A stretch of 64,000 nt of DNA from Candidatus Marinacidobacterium sp. (GTDB lineage Bacteria > Acidobacteriota > Vicinamibacteria > Marinacidobacterales > Marinacidobacteraceae), in the NCBI GenBank assembly GCA_965204755.1, contig OZ242011.1:896001-960000 (forward strand). The letters are read 5' to 3'. Position 1 is the first letter of the stretch. Every line of letters starts with the position of its first letter. This document shows, piece after piece, positions 47,701 to 59,700 of this stretch. Below the pieces are notes generated by a model that was given only the letters and a program-made list of their open reading frames with translations, did no database searches and was not told the origin of the DNA. The position numbers were made by a program, and so were the translations under genes.

Positions 47701-50700
47701 CCCAGGCCCAGCCGGGCGTCGGTGTCCCGGGCGTCGGCGATCGTCCCGCCGTTCAGCGCGAGCGCCGAGGCGGCGACGGTGATCCCGTCGGCGTCCGCGT
47801 CGCCGGCGGCGACGGCGTAGGCGAAGACCAGGTCCCTCGTCCCGCTGCCGGAGGCGTAGGCCGCCTGCCGGGTGTTCGCGCCGACCGTGAGCGCCAGTCG
47901 GGGGGTCCCGGTAACCGTCACCTCTTCGCTGAAGGTCACCGTCGCCTCGATCCGGTCGCCGGCGATGAAGACCCCGTTCGCGCCCTGGGCGAGGCCCCCG
48001 AGGGAGAGGCCGGTCACCGTCGGCGGGACCGCCTCCGGGGCGCTCCCGTTCACCGCCGGGCCGCCGGCGGCGAGGGCGTGCTCGCCGAGGCCGAGGGAGG
48101 CGGCGTTCGGCGGGGTCGCCAGGTCGCGGATCGTCCCGCCGTTCGATTCGAGCGCCGAGGCGGAGACGGTGATCCCGTCGGCGTCGGTGTCGGAGCGGAC
48201 GACGGTGTAGCGGAAGACCGGCGAAGAGGTCCCGCTGCCGGAGTGGTAGGCCGCGTACCGCGTCCCGCTGGCGAGGGTGAGGGCCACCCGCGGGGTCCCG
48301 GTAACCGTTACCGGCTCGTCGAACTCGACGGTGAGGTCGAGGTGGTCGCCGGCGATGAAGACGCCGCCGGGGCCGGTCCCGGTCCCGCCGGCGGCGAGCC
48401 CGACCACCGTCGGGGCGCGGGCGTCGGCCCCCCGGCCGTTCACCCGGGCGCCGGCGTCGTCGGTCAGCGCGTGGGATCCGAGGGAGAGCGCGGCGGCGTT
48501 CCCCGAGGCGTCGGCGAGCGTCCCGCCGTTCAGCGAAAGCGCCGAGCCCCCGACGGAGACGCCGCTCGGGTCGGAGTCGCCGGAGACGACGGTGTAGCGG
48601 AAGACCAGTTCGGAAGTCCCGCCGCCGGAGGAGTAGTCGGCGCGGCGCGCCCCGCTGGCGAGGATGAGGGTGACCTGCGGGGTCCCGGTAACCGTTACCG
48701 GCTCGTCGAAGGCGAGGGTCGCCTCGATCGCGTCGCCGGCGATGAAGACGCCGCCCGCGCCCTGGGCCAGGCCCCCGAGGGTCGCGCCGGTTACCGCCGG
48801 GCCGGCGAGGTCCGCGCCGTCCCCGTCCACGAGGAAGCCGGCCGGGCGGTAGTTCAGGTCCTGCGCCGAAGGGCCCCGGTTGCCGGCGCGGTCCTCGATG
48901 CCCCAGGAGGTGGCCGACTGGAACAGGACCCAGGTCATGCTCCCGCCGGCGTACTCGTCGGCGGAAGCGACCGCGTAGCGGTAGCGGAGCAGCGCCGAAC
49001 CCGATCCCGAGGAGTACCGGACGCGCCGCTGGTTCGCGAGCGTGTCGGCGCCGAAGTACACGGTGAGGTGGGGCGTCCCGGTCCCGGTAACCGTTACCGG
49101 CTCCGAGAACCGCACTTCCCAGACGATCACATCGCCGGCCACGAAGGCGCCGCCGGGGCCGGAGCCGGTCCCGGTCGGGGTAACCGAGAGGACCCGCGCC
49201 CCGACCGAGTCCACGAAGGCGCCGTTCACCGGGAAGTCGCTGTTGTCGCTGATCGCGTGGCTTCCGAGGGCCAGGGCCGCGTCGTTCGGCGTAGCCGCGC
49301 CGTCCCGGATGGTCCCGCCGTTCAGGGTGAGCGCCGAGGCGGTAACGGAGATGCCGTCCCCGTCGGTGTCCCCGGCGACCACCTGGTAGCGGAAGACCAG
49401 CGCGGCGGTCCCGCTGCCGGAGGCGTAGTCCACCTGGCGGATATCCGCGCCGATCCCGAACGCCAACTGCGGGGTCCCGGTAACCGTTACCGGCTCGCTG
49501 AAGGTGACCGTCGCCTCGATCTCGTCGCCGGCCCGGTAGGTCCCGCCGGCGCCCTGCGGCGCCGGGGGGACCCCGGCGAGGGTCAGCCCGGTAACCGTCG
49601 GGCTGAGGGTGTCCGCCGCGCTCCCGTCCACGACCGAGTTCGGGGCGGCGGTTACGGCGTGGTCGCCGAGGGCGAGGGCGGCGGCGTTCCCCGAGGCGTC
49701 CTCGATCCTCCCGCCGTTCAGGGAGAGCGCGGAGACGCCGATCCCGTCGGCGTCGGCGTCGGCGGGGACGACGGTGTAGCGGAAGACCGCCGCGGCCGTC
49801 CCGCTGCCGGAGGACTCGTAGTCCGCCCGGCGGGTGTTCGCGCCGACGGCGAGGACCGCCTGCGGGTTCCCGGTAACCGTTACCGGCTCGCTGAAGGCCG
49901 CGGTGATTTCGAGGGCGTCCCCGGCGATGAAGACGCCGTTCCGCCCCCGGCCCGAACCGGAGACCGTTACGCCGGTAACCGTCGGGGCGGCGGCGTCGGC
50001 GGCGGCCCCGGCCACGACGAAGCCGGCGGCGTCCGCCGCCGCGTGGGCGCCGAGGCCGAGCGCGGCGGCGTTCCCCGCGGCGTCGCGGATCGTCCCGCCG
50101 TTCAGGGCGAGCGCCGAAGCGCCGACGGAGATCCCGTCCGCGTCGGCGTCGGCGGCCGCGACGGTGTAGCGGAAGACCAGTTCCTCGTCCCCGGTCCCGG
50201 ACACATAACCCGCCTGCCGGGTGTTCGCGCCGACGGTGAGGGCGAGTTGCGGGGGCCCGGTTACCAGGGCCGCCTCGTCGAAGCGCACCGTGGCTTCGAT
50301 CCGGTCCCCGGCGATGAACGCGCCGCCGGCGCCCTGCCCGCTCCCGGAGAGCCGGAGGCCGACCACCCTCGGCCCGGTCCCGTCCGCCGCCGAGCCGCTC
50401 ACCACGAAGTTCGAGTCGTTCGCGACGGCGTGGGTCCCGAGGCCGAGCGCCGCGTCGTTCGGGGTCGCCCCGTCGGGCGCGAGGTCCTGGATCGTCCCGC
50501 CGTTCAGCGCGAGCGCGGTCGCGGCGACGGAGATCCCGTCGGCGTCGGCGTCCCCGGAGACCACCGCGTACCGGAAACGCAGGGTGGCGGTCCCGCTGCC
50601 GGAGGCGTAGTCGGCCTGCTTGTCGGTCGTCCCGATGGTGAGGGCGACCTGCGGCGTCCCGGTAACGGTTACCGCTTCGCTGAAGGTGACCGCCGCTTCG

Positions 50701-53700
50701 ACGGCGTCGCCGGCCCGGTAGGCCCCGCCCGCGCCCTGCGGCGCCGGCGGGACCCCGGCGAGGGCCAGCCCGGTAACCGTCGGCGCCGGGTCGGCGGCGC
50801 CGCCGTTCACCACCGCGTCCCCGTCGGCGATCGCGTGGGCGCCGAGGCCGAGCGCGGCGGCGTTGCCCGAGGCGTCCCGGATCGTCGCGCCGTTCAGCGC
50901 GAGGGCCGCCGCGCCGACGGAGACCCCGTCCGCGTCGGCGTCCCCGGCGGCGACGGTGTAGCGGAAGACCAGCGAAGCGGTCCCGCTGCCGGAGAAGTAG
51001 TCCGCCCGGGGCGTCCCGCCGGTGGTGGTGAGGCCGAGCGCGACCTGCGGGGTCCCGCCGACCGTAACGGGCTCGCTGAACTCGAGCGTTACCGCGAGGA
51101 CATCGCCGGCGAGGAAGACGCCGCCCGCGCCCCGGCCCGTCCCGGAGACCGCCGCCCCGGTTACCGAGGGGCCGACCGCGTCGGCGGCGTTCCCGTTCAC
51201 CGGGAAGTCGGCGGCGCGGGCCACCGCGTGGACGCCGAGGCCGAGGGCGGCGGCGTTGCCGCCGGCGTCGCCGATCGTCCCGCCGTTCAGCGCGATCTCC
51301 GAAACGCCGATCCCGTCGGCGTCCACTTCCCCGGCGCCCACCGCGTAGCGGAAGACCAGCCGGGCCGAACCGCTGCCGGAGGACTCGTAGTCCGCGTAGC
51401 GGGAGTACGCGCCGACGGCGAGCAGGAGCCGCGGCGTCCCGCCGGTCGCGTCCACCGTTACCGGCTCGCTGAAGGTGACCGCCGCCTCGATGGCGTCGCC
51501 GGCGATGTACGCGCCGTTCGCGCCCTGCGGCGCCGGCGGGACGCCGGCGAGCGAGAGCCCGGTAACCGTCGGGGCCACCGCGTCCCCGGCGGCGGCGTCC
51601 ACCGCCGGGCCGCCGGCGGTTACCGCGTGGGCGCCGAGGCCGCGCGCCGCGTCGTTCGGAGTCGCCGCCCCGTCCCGGATCGTCCCGCCGGTGAGCGCCG
51701 CCGCGCCGATGCCGATCCCGTCCGCGTCGGCGTCGCCGGAGGCCACGGTGTAGCGAAGACCAGCGAAGTCGTCCCGCTCCCGGAGGCGTAGGCGGCCTGG
51801 CGGATGGCGCTGCCGATGGTGAGCGCCACCTGCGGGGACCCGGTAACCGTTACCGGCTCGCTGAACTCGACCGTGACTTCGAGGACATCGCCGAGGACGA
51901 AGGTCCCGTTCGCGCCCTGCGCCTCGCCGCCGACGGTGACCCCGGTAACCGTCGGGGCGGCGGCGTCGGCGCCGCCCCCGGCCACCACGAAGCCGCCGTC
52001 GTCCGCGATCCCGTCCCTGCTGGTCGCGCCGCCGGCGAGGTCGGCGGCGTTGCCGGAGGCGTCGGTGATGCTCCCGCCGTTCAGCGCGAGCGCGGAGGCG
52101 GGGACGGCCACGCCGTCGGCGTCGGCGTCCCCGGAAACGACGGTGTAGCGGAAGACCAACGATCTCGTCCCGCTGCCGGAGGCGTAGTCGGCCTGGCGGG
52201 TGGGCGCGCCGACGCCGACGCCGACGGCGAGGGCCAGCCGCGGCGTCCCGGTAACCGTTACCCGCTCGCTGAACTCCACCGCCGCCTCGATCGCGTCCCC
52301 GGCGATGAAGGCGCCGCCCGCGCCCTGCCCGGTTCCCGAGAGGGTCACGCCGGTAACCGTCGGCGCCTGCAGGTCCGCCGCCGCCCCGTCCACCGGGAAG
52401 TCCGGGTGGTCGGCGACCGCGTGGGGCCCGAGGCCGAGCGCCGCCGCGTTGCCGGAGGCGTCCGCGATCGTCCCGCCGTTCAGGGCGAGCGCGGAGGCGG
52501 GGAGGCCCGCGCCGTTCGGGTCGGCGTCCCCCCGGACGACGAGGTAGCGGAAGGTCAGCGAGTCCGTCCCGCTGCCGGCGGCGTAGTCGGCGAGGCGGGT
52601 GGCCGCGCCGACGGTGATCGCCGCCTGCGGGGTCCCGGTAACCGTTACCTCCTCGCTGAAGACCACCACCGCCTCGAGTTCGTTTCCGGCGACGAAGACG
52701 ACGCCTTCGCGGCCGCCGCTGCCGCCGTCCGGGTTCCCGGCGAGCCGGGCCCCGACCACCGTCGGGCCCACCCGGTCGCCGGCGGCGGCGTCCACCGGGA
52801 AGCCGGCGGCGTCGGCGACCGCGTGGGCGCCGAGCCCCAGCGCCGCGTCGTTCCCCGCGTCGTCCCGGATCGTCCCGCCGTTCCGGGTGAGCGCGGCGGC
52901 GGGGACGCCGAGCCCGTTCGGGTCGGAGTCGCCGGCGGCGACGGCGTAGGCGAAGACCAGCCGGGTCGTCCCGCTGCCGGATTGGTAGGCCGCCGGGCGG
53001 GTGAGCAGGCCGACCGCCAACTCCAACTGCGGGGTGCCGGTAACCGTTACCGGCTCGCTGAAGGAGACCGTCGCCTCGAAGGCGTCGCCGGCGATGAAGA
53101 CGCCGTTCGCGCCCTGCGGCGCGGTCCCGACGGCGGAGAGGCTCACCCCGGTCACCGTCGGCGCGACGGTGTCGGAGCCGCTCCCGTCCACCGGCCGGGC
53201 CGCCAGGTCTCCGTCGGCGATCGCGTGGGCGCCGAGGCCGCGCTCGGCGGCGTTCCCCGCGGCGTCGCGGATCGTCCCGCGGTTCAGTTCGAGGGCATCG
53301 GCGGCGACGCTGACCCCGTTCGCGTCGGTGTCCCCGGCGGCGACGGTGTAGCGGAAGAGCAGCGAGGAAGGCCCGCTGCCGGCGGCGCGGTAGTTCGCGT
53401 AGCGGGTGGCCGCGCCGACGGTGAGGACCAGCCGCGGCGTCCCGGTAACGGTTACCGGCTCGTCGAAGTCCACCGTGAACTCCAGGAAGTCGCCGGGGAC
53501 GGAGGTCCGGGCCGGGCCCGACGGCTCGCCGCCGGCGGTGAGCCCGGTCACCGTCGGCGGCCTCCGGTCGGCGCCGTCCCCGTCCACCGGGAAGGCGGCG
53601 GCGTCCGGGATCGCGTGGCTGCCGAGGTCGAGGGCGGCGAGGTTGCCCGCCGGGTCGGCGATCGTCCCGCCGTTCGTCCCGCCGTTGCGGGAGAGCGCCG

Positions 53701-56700
53701 AGGCGGCGACGGACACGCCGTTCGCGTCCTCGTCCCCGGCGGCGACGGTGTAGCGGAAGACCAGCGAGGAGGTCCCGCTCCCGGAGGCGTAGTCCGCCCG
53801 GCGGGCGGCCTCGCCGACGGTCAACGCCGCCTGCGGCGTCCCGGTAACGGTTACCGGCTCGCTGAACTCCACGGTGAGCGCGATCTCGTCCCCGGCGATG
53901 AAGGCGCGCGGAGCGTTGACCGAGGGGGCGGCGCCCTGGCCGGTCCCGGAGAGCGCGGCGCCGGTGACCCGGGGGGCGATCCGGTCCACCGACCCGTCCA
54001 CCCGGAAGGCGGCGTCGTCCGGGAGGGCGCGGGCGCCGAGGCCGAGCGCCGCGTTCCGGCCGGCGCGGTCGGTGATCGTCCCGCCGTTCAGCGCGAGCGC
54101 CGAGGCGGCGACGGCGACGCCGTCCGGGTCGGCGTCCCCCCGGGCGACGGTGTAGCGGAAGGTGAGCGTGGTGGAGCCGCTTCCGGAGCGGTAGTCCGCC
54201 GGCCGGGCGGCGCTCCCCACGGTGAGCGCCAGCCGGGGGGTCCCGCCGGTCGCGTCCACCGTTACCGGCTCGCTGAAGGTGACCGCCGCGTCGATGGCGT
54301 CGCCGGAGATGAAGACGCCGTTCGCGCCCTGCGGCGCGGTCCCGACGGCGGAGAGGGTGACGCCGGTTACCGAGGCCGCGGCGCGCCCGGCCCCGTCCAC
54401 CACCGCGCCGCCGGCGGCGGCGGCGTGCTCGCCGAGGTCGAGGTCGGCGGCCAGCGAGCCGTCGGCGATCCGCCCGCCGTTCGCCCGGAGCGCCGAGGCG
54501 GCGAGGGTGATCCCGTCCGCGTCGGCGTCCGCCCGGACCACGGCGTAGCGGAAGACCAGGGAGGCGGTCCCGCTGCCGGAGGCGTAGGTCGCGTAGCGGG
54601 TGGCCGACCCGATCCCGAGCGCCACCCGCGGGGCGCCGGTAACCGTCACCTCCTCGCTGAAGTCCACGGTTACTACCAGGGCGTCCCCGGCGAGGAAGGC
54701 GCCGTCCGCGCCCCGCGCCGTCCCGGAGACGGTCACCCCGGCCACCGCCGGGGCGCGGACATCGGCGGCGGCGGTGTCCACCCGGAAGCGGGGGGCGCCG
54801 ACGATGAACCCGTGGTGGAGGTGGGCCGAAAGGTCGAGCGAGGCGGCGTTGCCGGCGGCGTCCACGATGGGCCCGGCGCTCCGGCCCGGCCCTGCCTCCA
54901 CCCCCAGCGAATTGGCGAGGAATCCGATCCCGTCCGCGTCCAGGATCCGGTCGCCGGGGGCGGGGGTGGGCACCGTCCAGCGGAAGGTCAGGGAACTCGT
55001 CCCGCTGCCCGACGGCCGGCGCGCGGTACCGGTGTGGCCGGTCAGGAAGACCAGGAGGTTCGCGCCGGTGGTAACGGTTACCGGTTCGCTGAACTCGACG
55101 GTGATGGAGATCCGGTCGCCGGAGGTGAACACCCCGCCGGCGGCGCTCCCCGTCCCCGCCAGCCGGAGCCCGGTAACCCTCGGGGCGACGGTGTCCTCCG
55201 CCCCGCCCTCCACCCGGAAGCGGCGGTCGTCCGTCACCGCGTGGGCGCCGAGGCCGGGCAGCGCGTCGCGGTTCGCGCGGTCCCGGATCGTCCCGCCGCT
55301 GCGGTCGAGCGCGGAGGCGGCGACGCTGATCCCGTCGTCGTCGGCGTCGCCGCGGGCCACCCGGTAGCGGAAGCGGAGGGTGCGCGTCCCGCTGCCGAGC
55401 GCGTAGTCGGCGTAGCGGGCGGCGGTCCCGACGGTGAGCGCGAGGCGCGGGGCGCCGGTAACCGTTACCCGCTCGCTGAAAGTCACCGCCGCTTCGACGA
55501 GGTCGCCGGCGGTGAAGACGCCGCCCTCGCCCTGCCCGCTCCCGGAGAGCGCGAGCCCGGTAACCGTCGGGGCGGCGGCGTCCGTCCCGCTCCCGTCCAC
55601 CGCCGCGCCGCCGTCGGTTACGGCGTGCTCCCCGAGGCCGAGCGCGGCGGCGTTCCCGGAGGCGTCGGCGACGGTCCCGCCGTTCAACCGCAGGGCCGAG
55701 TCGCCGAGGCTGACCCCGTTCGGGTCGCGGTCCTCCGGCGCCACGGTGTAGCGGAAGACCAGGGCGGAGGTCCCGCTGCCGCGCGCGTAGTCGGCGTAGC
55801 GGAGGACCCGGCCGACGGCGAGGGCCGCCCGCGGGGTCCCGGTAACCGTCGCCGGTTCGTGGAACTCGACGGTGATCTCGAGGTCGTCGCCGGCGATGAA
55901 GACCCCTCCGGCGCCGCTGGCCACGCCGCCGACGGTTACCCCGGTTACCGCCGGCCCCTCCGCGCCGCCCCGCACCACGAAGTCGGGGTCGCTGGTTATG
56001 GCGTGGCTGCCCAGGTCGAGCGCGGCGTCGTTCCCGGCGGCGTCCCGGATGTGGCCGGCGCCGGGGATGCGGATCCCGCTGGCGCCGACCCCGGACGGGG
56101 CGGAGTGGAACCGGCTCACCTCGAGGACGAAACCCAGGTGACTCGTCCCGCTGCGGATCCCCTGCATGTAGGCGGGAGTGCTCGGGGACAGGGAGGAAAC
56201 GACCAGTTCCGGAACCCCTCCCACGGAGTGCTCGGTGATCCGCTCGCTGAACTCGACGGTGAACAGGATCTCGTCCCCGTTGACGAAGACGCCGCCGGGG
56301 CCGGAGCCGGTTCCCGAAATCGTCAGCCCGGTGATCGTCGGCGCCGCCGTGTCCGCCGCCGCGCCGTTCACCGTGGCGCCGGAGTCGTCCGCGATCGCGT
56401 GGGCGCCGAGGCCGAGCGCGGCGTTGTTGTTCGCCCGGTCCCTGATGGTCCCGCCGGCCAGCGAGAGCGCCGAGGCGCCGGCGGAGACCCCGTTCGCGTC
56501 GGCGTCGCCGGCAACCACGGCGTAGCGGAACACCAGCGCGCTCGTCCCGCTGCCGGAGGCGTAGGACGCGTACCGGGTGGCGGTCCCCACGGCGAGCGCG
56601 AGCCGGGGGGTCCCGGTAACCGTTACCGGCTCGCTGAAGGACACCGTCGCTTCCAGCACATCGCCGGCGATGAAGACGCCGTTCGCGCCCTGCGGCGCCG

Positions 56701-59700
56701 GCGCGGCGCCGGAGAGGGCCGCCCCGGTTACCGTCGGGACGACGGTGTCCGTCGCGCCCCCGGCCACCACCGGGCCGCCGTCGGTTATGGCGTGGGTCCC
56801 GAGGCCGAGCGCGGCGGCGTTCCCGGCGGCGTCGGCGATCGTCCCGCCGTTCAGGGTCAGCGCCGAAGCGCCGATCCCGACGCCGTTCGCGTCGGTATCG
56901 CCGGCGGCCACGGCGTAGCGGAAGACCAGCGCGTTCGTCCCGCTGCCGGAGGCGTAGTCCGCCCGGCGGGTGTCCGCGCCGACGGTCAGCGCCGCCTGCG
57001 GGGTCCCGGTAACCGTTACCGCTTCGGTGAAAGTGACGGTTACCTCGATTTCGTCGCCGGCGATGAAGACGCCGTTCGCGCCGCGCCCGCTGCCGGAGAG
57101 CGTCACCCCGGCCACCGTCGGCGAAGTCGCGTCCGCCCCGTCCCCGTCCAGTACGAAGTCGGGGTGGTTCGCGACGGCGTGGCTTCCCGGGTCGAGCGAC
57201 GCGTCGTTGCCGGCGGCGTCCCGGAGGGTGACGCCCCGCCACAGTTGGAGGATGCCGGTGCTGATCCCGTCCGCGTCGGCGTCGGTCGCGAGCACGGTGT
57301 AGCGGAACACCAGGGAACTCGTCCCGCTGCCGGAAACGAGTTCCGCGAGTTGCGTGTTGTGGTTGAGGTGCACGAACGCGGCGCCGCTCCCGGTCTTGGT
57401 TACCGGTTCGCTGAACTCGACGGTTACGGTGATCTCGTCCCCGGCGACGAAGACGCCGCCCGGGCCGGTTCCGGTTCCCGAAAGCGTTACCCCGGTGATC
57501 GTCGGGGCGGCCCCGTCCGCCGCGGCGCCGTTCACCGTGAAGGCGGCGTCGTTCGCGATCGCGTGGGTCCCGAGGCCGAGCGCCGCGTCGTTCGGCGTCG
57601 CGTGCTGCGACCAGTCCCCGTCGCCGATGAAGTCCTTGATCGTCCCGCCGTTCAGGGCGAGCGCCGAGGCGCCGACGCCGATGCCGTTCGCGTCGGCGTC
57701 GCCGGAGGCGACGGTGTAGCGGAACGCCAGCGTGGCCGTCCCGCTGCCGGAGGCGTAGTCGGCCTGGCGGGTGGCGCTCCCGATGGTGAGCGCCAACTGC
57801 GGGGCCCCGGTTACCCGGACCGGCTCGTCGAACTCCACCGCCGCTTCGATCGCGTCGCCGGCGCGGAAGACCCCGCCCGCGCCGGTCCCGGCGCCCGACA
57901 GCGTGAGCCCGACCACCGTCGGCGCCACCTGGTCCCGGTTCTGCCCCCGCAGGGAGAAGTCCCCGTCGCGCGCGAGCGCGTGCGACCCGAGGTCGAGCGC
58001 GGCGGCGTTCCCCGCGGCGTCCAGGATCGTCCCGCCGTTCAGCGCGAGCGCCGAGGCGCCGACGCTGAGGCCGTTCCGGAACCAGTCCCGCGCCTCCACG
58101 CGGTAGCGGAACACCAGCGAGGCCGTCCCGCTGCCGGACGCATAGTTCGCGTGGCGCGTCCCCCGGGTGTTGCCTTCGTGGCCGGTGAGCGCGAGCCGGG
58201 GCGTCCCGGTAACCGTTACCGGCTCGCTGAAGGTGATCGTCGCTTCGAGCACATCGCCGGCGATGTAGTTGTTCCGGTCGTTCTTCTTGACGCCCGCCAG
58301 CGCGGCGCCGACGACCGCGGGTTGGGCCGCGCCGGCGCTCCCGTCCACCTTGAAGTCGGGGTGGTCGGTGATGGCGTGGGTTCCGAGCGCGAGCGCCGCG
58401 TCGTTCGGCGTGGCCGCCCCGTCGGCGATCGTCCCGCCGTTCAGCGCGAGGGCCGAAGCGGTAACGGAGATCCCGTTCGCGTCGGTGTCCGCCGCCGCCA
58501 CCGTGTAGCGGAAGACCAGCGAAGTCGTGCCGCTGCCGGAGGCGTAGTCCGCCTGTTTCGTGGCCGCGCCGACGGTGAGCGCGACCTGCGGGGTCCCGGT
58601 AACGGTCACGATCTCGTCGAAGCGCGCGGTTACCTCGATCCCGTCCCCGGCGCGGAAGGCGCCGTAGTCGGCGGTCCCGGTTCCCGAGAGCGAAACGCCG
58701 ACCACCGTCGGGCTGCGGGTATCGGCGGCGGTCCCGTCCACGGTGTAGCCGCCTTGGTCGCGCAGCGCGTGGCCGCCGAGGGCGAGCGCGGCGTCGTTCC
58801 CGGCGCGGTCCCGGACGGTGGCGCCGGGCGGAGCGGCGAGCGCCGAGGCGGTAACGCTGATCCCGTTGGTATCGGTATCCCCGGAGGCGACGGTGTAGGC
58901 GAAGACCAGTTCGGTCGTCCCGCTCCCGGAGGCGTAGTCCGCCTGCCGGGTGGCGCTGCCGACGGTGAGCGCCAACTGCGGCGTCCCGGTAACGGTTACC
59001 GCTTCGCTGAAGGTTACGGTCGCTTCGATGGCGTCGCCGGGGACGAAGGCGCCGCCCGCGCCGTTCGCCACCCCGGAGAGCGAAAGGCCGGTAACCGTCG
59101 GCGCGAGGGTGTCGCTCCCGTCCCCGTCCACCGCGAGGTCGCCGTCGGTGATGGCGTGGCTCCCGAGGCCGAGCGAGGCGGCGTTCCCGGAGGCGTCGGC
59201 GATCGTCCCGCCGTTCAGCGAGAGCGCCGAAGCGGCGACGGAGATGCCGTTCGCGTCGTCGTCCGCCGTTACCACGGTGTAGGCGAACGCGAGCGAAGTC
59301 GTCCCGCTGCCGGAGGAATAGTCCGCCGGTTTCGTCGCCGCGCCGATGGTGAGCGCCAACTGCGGGGTCCCGGTAACCGTTACCGCCTCGCTGAAGGTAA
59401 CGCTCGCTTCGAGCCGGTCGCCGGCGACGAGGACGCCGCCGGTTCCCGACCCGCTTCCCGAAAGCGTCAGTCCGGTAACGGTCGGGCCGGCGGCGTCCGC
59501 CGCGCCGCCGTCCACGGTGTAGTCGTCGTCGTCGGCGATCGCGTGGGCGCCGAGGCCGAGCGAGGCGGCGTTGCCGGCGGCGTCGGTGATCGTCCCGCCG
59601 TTCAGGGCGAGCGCCGAGGCGCCGACCGAGACGCCGTCGGAGTCGGCGTCGCCGGCGGCGACGGTGTAGCGGAAGGCCAGCGAGGCCGTGCCGCTTCCGG

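Noticed and set aside
29065-55360. Several RGD tripeptides (VARGD, VVRGD) as integrin-binding motifs
   Set aside because: GD is the repeat consensus and Arg is a frequent substitution in this GC-rich gene, so roughly 8 occurrences in about 160 repeats is plausible by chance.
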